A stretch of DNA of 64,000 bases from the human T2T-CHM13v2.0 reference genome, Homo sapiens, in assembly GCF_009914755.1 (NCBI RefSeq), contig NC_060936.1. The stretch is one strand, 5' to 3'. This document shows positions 31,461 through 48,789 of the stretch, one piece after another. Below the pieces are notes generated by a model. It was not told the origin of the DNA, searched no databases, and saw only the letters and a list, made by a program, of their open reading frames with translations. How positions within the stretch are numbered: the stretch's first letter is position 1; every line of letters begins with the position of its first letter. A program made the translations under genes and the position numbers.

Positions 31461-31792
31461 TTTCGGGAGTACAGGTGCAGTTTTGTTATATGGATATATT
31501 GCATACTGGTGAAGTCTGGGGTTTAGTGTAGCCATCACCCGAATAGTGTACATTGTACCCATTAAGTAACTTTTCATCCCTCTCCCTCCCCCTCCCCACC
31601 CTTCTGAGTCTCCAATGTCTATTATTCCACTCTCTATGTGCATGTGTTCATATTATTTAGCTCCCACTTATAAGTGAGAACATGCAGTATTTGACTTTGT
31701 GTCTGTTATTTCACTTAAAGATAACTGCCTCTAGTTCCATTCACGTTGCTGCAAAGGACATGATTTCATTCTTTTACATGGCTGAGTAGTCT

Positions 31793-31829
<37 letters not shown>

Positions 31830-32445
31830 AGATATTTATCCATTCATGTGTTCTGGATACTTAGCCTCTTTATCTTTGCTATTGTGAATAGTGCTGCGAT
31901 ATGGGTGCAGGTATCTTTTTGATACAATGATTTCTTTTCCTTCGGGTATATACACCAGTTTTGGGGTTGCTGGATCGAATAGTAGGACTATTTTTAGTTC
32001 TTTTGAGAAATCTCCCTACTGTTTTCCATAGAGGTTGTACTAATTTACCTTCCACCAGCAGTGTAGAAGTGTTCCCTTTTCTCCACATCCTCGCCAACAT
32101 CTGTGATTTTTTTGCCTGTTTAATGATGGTCATCCTGACTAGAGTGAGATAGTATCTCACTGTGGTTTCAGTTTGCGTTTCTCTGATGATTAGCGATGTT
32201 GAGCATTTTTCACATGTTTCTTGGTAATTTGTGTGTCTCCTTTAACAAGATGTCTGTTCATGTCCTTTGTCCACCTTTTAATGGGGTTATTTGCCCTTTG
32301 TTGTTGTTGAGTTGTTCGAGTTCTTTGTAGATTCTGGATATCAGTCCTTTGTCAGATGCACAGTTTGCAAATATGTTCTCCCATTCTGCAGCTTGTCTGT
32401 TCACTCTGTTGATTATCACTTTTGCTGTGCAGAAGCTTTTTTAGT
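31461..32445 (-). mobile_element. L1PB/L1MA-like 3' end, containing (TG)16 at about 31796-31827
   Basis: ttagctcccacttataagtgagaacatgcagtatttg; ctctgatgattagcgatgttgagcattttt. Confidence 0.88.
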
Positions 32446-32658
32446 GAACTTTTGCTTTTACTGTAACACATGCCACATCCTGTCTTACATGACAGTTGGG
32501 TCCCTTGTTCTCATCTCCAGTAACTTTGCTTCCCCTCACTTCAGTGTCCAAGGGCCTGCCTTTCCTGCCAGGCTGTGAGGACCAGGAGCCCACAGCCGTG
32601 CCTGCATGCCTGTTTCAAGCTTGCTGTATACCCAACGCACAGCACAACAAATGCCTGT

Positions 32659-32770
32659 ATTTTCTTTTTTTTTCTTTCTTTCTTTTCTTTTTTTTTTTTT
32701 TTGAGACAGAGTCTCACTTTGTCGCCCAGGCTGGAGTGCAATGGTGTGACCTCAGCTCAATGCAGCCTCC
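32659..32770 (-). mobile_element. Alu 3' fragment
   Basis: T tail plus gagacagagtctcactttgtcgcccaggctggagtgc, ends abruptly. Confidence 0.85.
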
Positions 32771-32789
32771 AAAAAAACAAACGAAAATA

Positions 32790-33057
32790 TTTATAGCTAC
32801 TTTTAATTACATGTAGATTAAGGGGCAGTTTATGCAGAAATTTCAAGGAAAGGGTGGTAGCATTTGGGTCCTCGGTCTTTGCCACGGAAAGGAGCAGTAA
32901 CTCCCAGTGTTGCCATGGCAATGGTAAACTGTCAGCGCTCACAGGTGGGCGTGTCTTATGGAGAGGTGCTCCTGCCCCATCCCTGTTTTAGCTAGTCCTC
33001 AATGTGGTCCAGTGTCCAAGCCCCACCCCTGGAGTTAAGTCCCGTCTCCTGCTTCAC
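32790..33057 (-). mobile_element. ERV1 (MER4-group) LTR fragment
   Basis: minus strand begins tgaagcaggagacgggacttaactccagggg...gaggactagctaaaacaggg; subfamily uncertain. Confidence 0.65.
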
Positions 33058-33519
33058 TGGTTCTAGGGAGCTCTGGGATAACCTGAGATCTCCCTTGTAT
33101 CCGCCCAATATTGCCCTTACGTCCTTATGGATGTTGTTTCCAAGAACACACACCCATAAACCTGCACACAAATCTCTGCCTCAGAATCTATTTCCCAAGG
33201 GCGCCACCTAGGAAAGAAGGCATAACAAAGTTTGGGGGAAAATATTGTCTTGTCTTCTCCAGTAACCACAGACCAGCAGGCCCGTACATCTCAGCTTCTT
33301 CTTAACCTGGGTAACATCAATGCCTGTTCTGTTCCAGATAGGTTCTCATTCTGTTGATTAGATTTAATAGGGAGAATTGGGGGGCCTTCTGGTTTTCTGG
33401 CCAGCTTTTCCTATTGATGCCTTCCAAAGTCATTCAACTTCCTGCCTTGAGATGTATCAGTGACTTCCCACTGCTCTGGGGAAAGCCTGCATATGGCCCG
33501 GCTTTCTCTGTGTCCTCAC

Positions 33520-34155
33520 CTTATCCACACATGCTTCCTGAGCTACATCTGAAGCTTGTCAATTGCTCATTTCCTCCACCACAGGGCCTTTGTATATGCT
33601 GTTTATGGTGCCCACACCCCACCGACCCCACCCCTTATTCACTGAATTAACTCTTGTTTATTCTTCAGATATTAATTCCGTTGTCTTTTCCTTGAGGTGA
33701 CCTTTTCCCAGAGGCACAACTGCATAGTGTCCAGGGTCTATGATACCTTTAGGGGCCCAGAAAAAAAGGCTTAATTTCTTTTAAAATCAGAAGAGGGAGA
33801 CAGTGACTATATTATGATGAATCCAACCTGGATTTATACCAACAAAGTTGCAAAATGTAATTTTTTTTAATGAGAAAAAGCCCCCGCCCACCCCCCTACA
33901 GGGCAAAAGTCCCTCAGACCTTTTCTGGCCTCCCCCTAACCCACCAGCACTGCTAGGTCAGGTCTTCCCTAAGTAAGATGCTTTCACTCTGCCCTGAACT
34001 CTTCTGCCTAGGCAGGTACCACGGTTGTAACTTGACATTTGGCCCCTAAACCACTAGCTGGATGAAGGCAGGGACCATGTCAGACTTATTCTCTGTGCAA
34101 CACCGAGTCTACACAGCACTTGGCTCTTATTATATGCTCAATAAACATTTGCTGC
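33520..34155 (+). mobile_element. L2 fragments
   Basis: cagggcctttgtatatgctgtt; gaaggcagggaccatgtc; tgctcaataaacatttg. Confidence 0.6.
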
Positions 34156-34221
34156 AAGTATGACTAAGCGAAAATGATCAGACTTCACAATCATCCCACA
34201 AGAACACTCATTCCATCTATT

Positions 34222-34534
34222 ATTTTTTTGTTTCTTTTAGAGGCAGGGTCTTATTCTGTTGATTCTGTTGCCCAGGATGGAGTGCAGTGGCACCATCTAG
34301 TTCACTGCAGCCTTGACCTCCTTGGATTACACGATCCTCCTGCCTCAGCCTCCCAAGTAGCTGGGACTACAGGCTCACCCCACTGCACCCAGCAAATTTT
34401 TAATTTTTTTTTTTGTAGAGATGAGGTCTTACCATGTTTCCCAGGCTGATCTCAAACTCCTTGGTTTCAGGCAGTCCTCCTGCCTCAGCCTCCCAAGGCC
34501 TTGGGATTACAGGCGTGAGCCACTGCACCCGGCC
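34222..34534 (-). mobile_element. AluJ
   Basis: antisense Alu. Confidence 0.9.
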
Positions 34535-35374
34535 CACACTCCATCTACTTCTAACTCCCTGCCTCTCCTGCAGGCCAGAGGGGAGGGGAGGGGAAAAGCC
34601 TGCAAGACGGAAACCAGGAGGAAAGACTCACAATGGACGTGAGAGAATTGGTGGTACTCAACCTTTCTCCCTGATAGGGGAGTCAGGCCGGGGGAGGTGG
34701 GTGGCGGCAGAGATTTAGCGTAAACAAACATTTCCTTGTCTGGTAGGTCATTTTGTAATTATATGCAGGTCAAGCTCTTTAGAGCTCCCGGAAATCAGAC
34801 AATATCTGCCTGCAGAGAGGCCAGTCCTGCTCCAGGGCCCCCAGCGTGGAGGGGACTTTCATCAGAAGATCTTTCCCTATCCAGGCAGGAATCTAAGTGA
34901 CCGTCCGGTGTGAAACAACGAAGCCAGCAAAAAGCAATAGGAAGGAGAGCCGACCTCAGAGTTCAGAAGATAAGCGGGGGAACAAAATGAATACGTGAAC
35001 TTGGGGAAAACGGGCTGAGCCTGAAGCCCTGGGCAAGGTTCTCTGGGGAAAAGGGGATGACATTGACCTTGGCCTTCATGCTCTCGGGAGGGACGCTGGC
35101 AAGAGTGATGGAGAGAGGCACCTTTGTACATAGGACATTCCAAGCCACCACTTGGTACTCTCCATGGATGGCAAATGTGTCAACTTTGAGAGAGGATAAC
35201 AGACCATTAAGAGAAAGCAAAGGAGGCTGTTGCCAGAGGTGGAAATTGGTTCTTGCCAACTAACTGCCCTCCTTCAATTTCACTCGGTCAAGGCAGTGGG
35301 GATTTTTCAAATCATCCTCATGGCTGTGGTTCCAGCACCACCCTGGGAGGGATGGGGTTGCAGGGTAAAGACTA

Positions 35375-36011
<637 letters not shown>

Positions 36012-37545
36012 CCACAGAAGAGGCTTGACTGACAGCCAAGGAGAAAACTTAACGACACACACACACACAAAACCCCGAACTGGTAGCAAACAGGATGGAC
36101 TGGTGGCTGCATGCCAAAGTCCTTTGGGTTCACATTTGACTTCAGCTTAGAGGGACAGTAGCCAGCGTTTCCCTTTGTCGGAACTAGGCAGATTATGGGA
36201 AGAGGCTCTGGCACTCTTAAAATTCCCCTGCCCTCACAGACCTAAAATTAACATCACTGTTTATAGTGCTGGCTGTGGATGTAGAATATCATATTACAGT
36301 AGTAAATGATACGATAAAGATATAGTAATCCAATATTGGAAATCTGAACTGACTATGACTACCAATTGCTTATGCATTTAACAGGTCATAATTATTAGCA
36401 CTTACATCACTGTCCTTTGTGTTCAAGGATGACACCAACGGATACTGTCTCTACATGTGGCCAAGATCACGAAAGCATGAGAACTGTGTAATCTTTCTCT
36501 TTAAACAGCATTTTGAGATATAATTCATATACCATGCAATGCATGCTATTCAAGGGCTTTTGGAGTATTCACAGAGCTGTGCAACCATCACCACAATCTA
36601 ATTTTAGAGCAGCTTTTTCTCCTCTAAAAGAACCCCCCCTCCCAAAAAAAAAAAACCCCAAAAACCCCATACCAATAGCAGTTAGTCCCAAGTTCCCCTT
36701 TCTTCCACCCCCTGGTAACCATTTTCTGCCTCTGTGCCTTTGCCTAGTCTGTGTATTTCATATAAATAGTCATGCAATATGTGGTCTTTGGCAATGGCTT
36801 CTTTCGCTTAGCGTAATGTTTTCAGGGCTCATCCACGCTGTAGCATGAATCAGTACCATATACTTTATTCATTTTCTTTATTTTTTTCTCTTTTTGACTT
36901 TTATTTTAGAATCAGGGGTACACGTGCAGGTTTGTTACAAAGGTATATGACGTGATACTGAGGTTGGAAGTATGAATGGATCCCTCACCCCCAGTAGTGA
37001 GCATAGTATCCAATAGGTAGGTTGTTTTCAACCTTACTCCCTTCCCATCCTCCCTCCTCTTGTATTCCCCAGTGTCTGTCATTCCCGTTTTTATGACTAT
37101 GTGTACCCAAAGCTTAGCTCCCCCTTACAAGTGAGAACATGCAGTATTTGATTTTCTGTTTCTGTGTTAGTTTGCTTAGAAGAATGGTTTCTAGCTGCAT
37201 CCATGTTGCTGTAAAAGACATGATTTTTTTCCTTTTATGGCTGTGTAGTGTTCCATGGTGCCTATGTACCACATTTTCTTTATCCAGCCCACCATTGATG
37301 GGCACCTGGGTTGATTCCATGTCTTTGCTATTGCTACTTTTTTTATTGCCAACTATTATTCCATTGTATGGATATGCCATGTTTTGTTTATCCATTCACT
37401 GGCTTGACTTTTCTTTTTCTTTCTTTCTTTCTTTCCTTTTTCTTTCCATACATATAAGACGTACATATTTTGAGGGTACCTGTGATAATTTGATACAACC
37501 ATATAATCAAATCAGGGTAATTGGGATGTCCATCACCTTAAATAA

Positions 37546-37854
<309 letters not shown>

Positions 37855-38346
37855 CTATTTATCTTTTCTTTATACTAGGAACCTTTGAATTATTCTCTTC
37901 TAGCTATTTTGAAATGTGCAATTGATTTATTTGACTATAGTCACCCTACTACTATATTGAACGCCAGATCTTATTTCTTCTAAGTATATCTTTGTACTCA
38001 TTAATCAACCTCTCTTCGTTCCCCTTCTTCTTACTTTAACTTTCTAAAGAAATGCCAGATTGTTTGCCAAAGGGGATACACTATTTTATGTGCTCACCAG
38101 CAATGTTGAAGGGTTCAGTTTCTCCACATCCTTGCCAACACTTGTTCTAGTCTATCTTTTTTATTACAGCCATCCCAGTGTGTGTGAAGTGGTCTCATTG
38201 TGGATTTCATTTGCATTTCCCTAATGGTGAATGATGAACATATCTTCATGTGCTTATTGCCTTTTGTAGATCTTCTTTGGAGATATGTCTATTCAAATCT
38301 TTTGCTAATTTTGTAATTGGGTTGTCTTTCAATTATTGAGTTGTAA

Positions 38347-38835
<489 letters not shown>

Positions 38836-38907
38836 TGACTTGTGTTTTTGGTGTTGTATCTAAGAATTCATTGCCTAATTCAAGGTCATGAAGATTTACT
38901 CCTGTGT

Positions 38908-39186
38908 TGTTTTTTGTTACTTTATTTTTTTAGAGACAGGGTCTGGTTCATAGCTCACTGCAGCCTCAAGCTCCTGGGCTCAAGTGATCCTCTTGCCTCA
39001 ACCTCCCAAGTAGCCGGAACTACAGACACACACCACCTTGCCCACTAATTTTAAAAAATTGTTTTTCTGTAGAGACAGGGTCAGCTATGTTGCCCAGGCT
39101 AGTCTCAAACTCCTAGCCTCAAGTGATCCTTCTGCCACGACCTCCCAAAGCACTGGGATTACAGACGTGAGCCACCACCCCCAGCC
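38908..39186 (-). mobile_element. AluJ with a deletion
   Basis: antisense Alu. Confidence 0.88.
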
Positions 39187-39392
39187 TCCTGTTTTCTTCT
39201 AAGTGTTTTTTTGATTTTTACAGTTTTAGTTCTTACATTTAGGTATTTTATTTGTTTCTGTGTATGGTCTGAGGTAGGAATCCAAATTCATTCTTTACAT
39301 GTGGCTATCCAGTTGTCCCAGTACAGTTTGTTGAAAACACTATTTTCCCCCATTGGATTGTCTTCCCAGCCTTGTCAAACAAAGCAGTTAAC

Positions 39393-40275
39393 ATCATATG
39401 GTAGTTCTAGTTTTAATGTTTGGAGGAACCTCCATAGTGTTTTCCATAGTGGCCACAGCAATTTATATTTCCACCTACAGTGTACAAGAGTTCCCTTTTC
39501 TCCACATCCTCATCAATTCTTATTTATTTATTTATTTATTTATTTTAGTAATAGCCATTCTAACAGGCATAAAGTGATATTCCACTTCTGGGTATACATC
39601 CAAAGGAACTGAAATCAGGATACTGAAGAGATATCTGCACTCTCATGCATGCTGCAGTATTATTCACAATGGCCAAGACATAGAAGCAACATAAGTGTCC
39701 ATCCATAGATGAACGGGTAAAGATAATGTGGTATAGACATATAATGGATTGTTATTCTGCCTTGAAAAAGAGGGAAATCCTGCCATTTGCAACAAGATGG
39801 ATGAACACAGAGGACATAATGCTAAATGAAATGAACCAGGCACAGAAGGCCAAGTACTACATTATCTCTCTTATACAAGCAACCTAAAATAGTCAAACTC
39901 ATTTTGATAATCATTGCCAGGAGCTAGAGGGAGGAAGGAGAATGGGGAGATGTTGGTCCAAAGGTAGAGTTTCAGTTATCCAAGATGAATAAGTCGTAGA
40001 GACCTACTGTACAGCGTGGTGCCTATAGTTTATAATATTACATTTTATACTTAAACATTTGCTAAGATCTTATGTTTAGTGTTCTTACCACCAAATAATA
40101 ATAATATTATAGAGGGCTGGAGGAAACTTTTGGAGGTGACAAATATGTTTATAGCACTGATTGTGGTGGTGGTTTCACAGGTGTACACTTATTTCCAAAC
40201 TCATCAAGTTGCATACATTAAATATATACATTTTTTGTATGCCAGCCATACCTCAATAAATTGGTTTTTAAAAAA
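39393..40275 (+). mobile_element. L1 (L1MA10/L1MB1-like), 5'-truncated, with a 5' inversion (39393-39580 inverted)
   Basis: the inverted block and the sense block are adjacent in L1 consensus order; ends cctcaataaa plus A-rich tail. Confidence 0.8.
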
Positions 40276-40286
40276 TAAATGGACAA

Positions 40287-40575
<289 letters not shown>

Positions 40576-40791
40576 ATCAATTGACATGATTTAATAGCTT
40601 CTAGACTGCAAACTCTGCATATCTTAACAGTATGTGATACAGTTCATGCTCTACACTTTGTGTTACCTTTTCCTAAAAGGCAGCTTTGCATGGAGAGATC
40701 ACGGCAGCCTGTGAGTTGGAATGGTGGAATTTGTGATGATGCAATACTTTATTTGAAAAAGTAAAATTGCTTAGCTAGGCAATACCTTTGA

Positions 40792-41148
<357 letters not shown>

Positions 41149-41548
41149 TCTGTATGACCTTTTATAAGATGGTCCACACGCAGAGACTGCAAACTAGGGG
41201 CTCTGGGGCCCAATTCACCCCCACAGGCATGCTGTGTTGGGCCAATATATTGTTTTAAAATTATTTTATCCAACATTTAAAAAATTATAAACAAAAATCT
41301 TGATTTCTTCTTTCTCTTGCAAGTGTAGGAGCTCTAGTTCCATGAGTAGTTGCCCTCTGAGGTGGAGCAATCACTCTCTCCCTGGTTCTGAAGCCAGGCT
41401 CAGCTGTCATTCACCATTCACATCGTTTTACTAATGGTGGAGAAGCATATTTTGCAGCTAGGCCTCCACCAAATGTGAGAACATCTAGTTGAGCAAGCCT
41501 CCAGACAAATGGAGAAGGTATATTTGTTGTAAAGAAAAGGAATATTTT

Positions 41549-41610
41549 GGCCGGGCGCAGTGGCTCACGCCTGTAATCCCAGGATGTTGGGAGGCCGAGG
41601 CGGGCGGGAT
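41549..41610 (+). mobile_element. Alu 5' stub (~60 bp), 3'-truncated
   Basis: ggccgggcgcagtggctcacgcctgtaatccc...gaggccgaggcgggcgg, then non-Alu sequence. Confidence 0.9.
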
Positions 41611-41892
41611 TTGGAGATAGTGATGAACAATATTACTTTTTATAAGAACTCATTCAGAAAAAAAAAATGTTTAGAAGCTGTCTTTTCTCATTAAAAATTT
41701 AAAAAGAAAAAAAAAACCCTCTGTGTCCCACAAGGAGATAAATTGTAATTCTTACAACTTAATTACTTTACTGACCAGAAGATATTTCAAAAGTTTGTTC
41801 TGCTTTAAAGCCACTAAAACGTTAATGGCCGCACACAACTGAGACGTGTTCATAGGAGCAAAGGGACAGCCAGTCGTTCAAACTTTCCAACT

Positions 41893-42168
41893 GCAGAGCT
41901 CGCTGGGGTTCACCAAGTGCCAACACATCCATTATTCTCTGTATTCTAGAAACTTCTTAAAACAGTCCCCACAGGTAGGTATGATGATGGAGAAAGCGTG
42001 GCTTAGATGTGTGAAGGTCCCAAAGCCACCTGTATCAAGTCAGTGGCAGGGTTGGGAAGAATGATTTCATTGCATACAATGCAACAATTACCAAGTAACT
42101 ATGATTCTGGTTCTGCAAGAAGCACTGGGAAGATAGAGGGAAATACAATGTACCAATCTCTCCTTAGA
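41893..42168 (+). repeat. Left arm of a local inverted duplication (decayed MIR+L2 composite)
   Basis: reverse-complement match to 43558-43834 over ~277 bp. Confidence 0.95.
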
Positions 42169-42404
42169 GGGTCTCTGTGCTTGGCTTAGAAAGGACTGGC
42201 CCTGTTGTGCACCATGTCTCCAGTAGAACCAGCCCAGAAGGGTTTGCTGTCTGGGTTCTGGTAGCTTCTGCAGGTGGAGGCCCCAGCTTGCTGTGACACT
42301 GGCTCTCCCTTCGAGATTCCCCGCCCCCCACCCCCGAGTCAGGTGAAGCCAGGTACAAGGGAATCTAAAGAGGCTCCCCTCAAAGCCAAAAAATTAAGCC
42401 AGGC

Positions 42405-43549
<1,145 letters not shown>

Positions 43550-43557
43550 TTAGTCCA

Positions 43558-43834
43558 TCTAAGAAGAGAGGTACATTGTATTTCTCTCCGTCTTCCCAGT
43601 GCTTTTTGCAGACCCAGAAACATGGTAGTTGCTTGGTAATTGTTTCATTGTGTGCAATGAACTCTTCTTCCCAACCCTGCCACTGACTTGATACGGGTGG
43701 CTTTGGGACCTTCAGCACATCTGAGCCATGCTTTCCCCATCATCATCCCTACCTCTAGGAGCTATTTTAAGAAGTTTCTAGAATAAAGAGAATAATGGAA
43801 GTGTTTGCACTTGGTGAACCCCAGCAAGCTCTGC
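43558..43834 (-). repeat. Right arm of the local inverted duplication
   Basis: reverse-complement match to 41893-42168. Confidence 0.95.
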
Positions 43835-43884
43835 TGGACTGAGCATCCCTTCCTTTGCCTTATTTCAGTTCCAGCACGAGGTCA

Positions 43885-44036
43885 GGGCTAATTTACCAAC
43901 TGAATAAACTTGGGAAAGTCACTCAAGGTCTCTGTGTGCCTCAGTTTCCTTCCCCATGAAGTGGGAAACCATAGTGCCTGGTATCATAGGATTCAGTGGG
44001 ATGATGCATGGGAAGCAGTTTTAAAAGCTTCTGATA
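43885..44036 (+). mobile_element. MIR fragment
   Basis: ctctgtgtgcctcagtttccttcccc...atcataggatt. Confidence 0.65.
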
Positions 44037-44041
44037 CCTAG

Positions 44042-44463
44042 TGCTATAGTTTGAATATCTGTCCCCTCCAAAACTCACGTTGAAATTAAATCCCTTAATG
44101 TGGCAGTACTGGGAGTTGAGGCCTTTAAGACGTGATTGGGTCATGAGGACTCTGACCCAATCAAAATGGATTAATCCATTCATGGGTTAGTGGATTAATG
44201 GGTTGTCATGGGATTGGGGCTGGTGGCCTTGTAAAAAGAGGAAGAGAGTCCTGAGCTGGCACAGTCAGCACCCTCACTAGGTGAAGCCCTCCACCACCTG
44301 TGGACTCTATAGAGCATCCCCTCTAGAAAACGGCCCTCACCTGTTGCAGCCCCTTGACCTTGGACTTCTCAGCCTCTGGAAGGGTAAGAAATAAATGTGT
44401 TTTCTTTATAAATTACCCAGTTTCAGGTATTCTTTTATAAGCAACAGAGAATGGACTAAGACA
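44042..44463 (+). mobile_element. MSTC/D-like MaLR solo LTR
   Basis: tgctatagtttgaata...ggactaagaca; TSD cctag/tctag. Confidence 0.88.
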
Positions 44464-44509
44464 TCTAGTAGGAACTATCTAAATATTGGAGTTTAAACGT
44501 TTGTTTCAC

Positions 44510-45145
<636 letters not shown>

Positions 45146-45404
45146 TTAGCATATATTTCATATAATAATCAAATGATGCTACTGGATGGCTCTGCGTTTC
45201 TTATTTTTACCTCTTCTGGTCTTCAAAAAAGCTGTTCCTTCTACCCTGTACTAACCTCCTTCTTCCTCTTCTATCAGAAAACTTCTCATGAAACCTTCCC
45301 TGACACCCCTCCCTTTTGTATTCCCATAGTATTAATTCATTTGTTCATGGTGACAATCATCACGTTGACTCTAGTTATGTTAAATGTCAACCTGCTTCCT
45401 CTAG

Positions 45405-45812
<408 letters not shown>

Positions 45813-46327
45813 TGAACAAATACATTTGCTTAACTATCCTCAGTGAACCTCTGGGCACCAACTTTATCATTTTCATCATGAGAAGGAGATTCACTGAGAA
45901 AAACAAAATATGCTTCCAATCCAAGGAAGCAGAAAAGGGCTGCTGCCAACTCCAAGTGGCTGGTCTTTTGTCTAAAAGAAAGTTACACAGACCTTTGCTG
46001 TTGGTTTCCATAATACTTTGCCATTTCTCACATACAAGACTCCCATTTAATGCATACGTGTTTACATACAATGTAACCCCTGGGCACAATAACGTTGCCT
46101 TCTCTTTCAAATGGAATGGTTATGACAAAATGGAGAGGCAAGGCGTACCATTTTACTTTCCAGTTACAGTTGTACTATAGCACCAACACAGAGAAATATC
46201 AACCTTGTTCTCTTCCTGTCTGCGACTGGGAAAACATCAAAACATGTTTCTAGATTGTGGCTAGAGACAGACAAACGTCTCCCTGGCTGGACCCGGAAGG
46301 CCCAGCGTCAGCCTGGAGTAGGTTTTA

Positions 46328-47130
<803 letters not shown>

Positions 47131-47295
47131 GGCTACTCCCTGGAGCGGCAAGAGACAGGGGCAGGATTTCCCTTCTGCAGGGAAGGAGCGCCCTCCCTCT
47201 GGTGCCCAGGAGACTCAGTGCAGGGGAAGCCAGCTGCATCCGCGTGGCCTCTGCTCCTAGGGAAAGCACGTGCAAAGGCAGGGGAGGAAGTGGCA

Positions 47296-47309
47296 GTGCC
47301 CCCTGGTGT
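47296..47309 (-). promoter_or_regulatory. Candidate CTCF site (strong core)
   Basis: minus strand ACACCAGGGGGCAC, one mismatch to CCACCAGGGGGCAC. Confidence 0.55.
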
Positions 47310-47674
47310 TGGGCGGACCACACACACCTCCTCAGCTCAGACCCATGCAGCAGCTTTAGGGGCTATCTCCTCTCTCCGGACACCTCTTTCTCTCGAAGGC
47401 TGCCCTAAATGTCCATTTTGATCAGATTTCGACCTCATCACAATGGAGGACTATGTCATTCACTCTGTACTCAACCAGGATTCTAGGGGTGGCCCAGCGG
47501 TCATAAGGCACAAAATGAGGCAGTGCTTGGCATGCGGCGGGTGTGGACGTTCGCAGAATGAGGATCCAGAGCTCTTTCCTCTCAAAGGAATGGCCGTCAC
47601 CTGCAGTAGGGCAGAGGCTCTCTGATCCCAAGTACATGTGTGCTGAAAGAGTGTTTCTGCGCTGCTCCCACATC

Positions 47675-47975
47675 TTTTTTTTTTTTTTTTTTTATTTGAG
47701 ACAGAGTCTCTTGTTGCACAGGCTGGAGTGCAATGGCATTATCTTGGCTCACCGAAACCTCTGCCTCCTGGGTGCAAGCAATTCTCCTGCCTCAACCTCC
47801 TGAGTACCTGGGATTACAGGCATGCACCACCACGCCTGGCTAAATTTATATTTTTAGTAGAGATGAGGTTTCTCCATGTTGGTCAGGCTGGTCTCGAACC
47901 CCCGACGTCAGGTGATCTTTCTTTCTCGGCCTCACTAAGTGCTGGGATTACAGGCGTCAGCCACGGTGTCTGGCT
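47675..47975 (-). mobile_element. AluS
   Basis: TSD gctcccacatcttt. Confidence 0.93.
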
Positions 47976-48240
47976 GCTCCCACATCTTTAAAGAGGTGTG
48001 GCTCACCCACAGAAGCAGGCGGTGGTGGGGTGGGGTGGGTGGGTATCCCCTGGTGGGGAAATAAAAAACAAAGTTTGTGTATAATCGATGCATGATGTCA
48101 TATTTTGGGTCAGATAAAAGATTTTCCGGTCTTCATACTACTAAAGAGCCTTTCTACAAGTTTACTTTTCAGTATAAGTGCTCAGTAATCAGAAAAGAAT
48201 ACAATTCTGAATAAGCCCCTGCTTTAAAACAGAATCTTGG

Positions 48241-48538
<298 letters not shown>

Positions 48539-48579
48539 CAGAATCTTGTGCAGTCCTGCTTCCCCACAACAAAGAATGA

Positions 48580-48720
48580 ATCCCAGTTTCAGAACACCTG
48601 TTCCAGCTCTGCAACTTCCTGGAAAATTTTCCCTTGTCTTTGTTTGCCTCAGTTTCTCCTATCTGTAAAATGGAGCCAGGCTATCTACCATTTGTGAAAA
48701 GATTCAAGGAAACTTAAGGC
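48580..48720 (+). mobile_element. MIR fragment
   Basis: gcctcagtttctcctatctgtaaaatgg. Confidence 0.7.
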
Positions 48721-48789
48721 TCTTAAGCTTTCAAGTACCCTAGACTAGGAGTCCTCATCACCACTAGCTAATTTCACCTTCAAAGCACT

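Noticed and set aside
41612-41667. gtgatga (C-box-like) segment followed by an A run, suggesting a snoRNA retrocopy
   Set aside because: No CTGA D box in the right orientation, no terminal stem or TSD, and no snoRNA I recognise.
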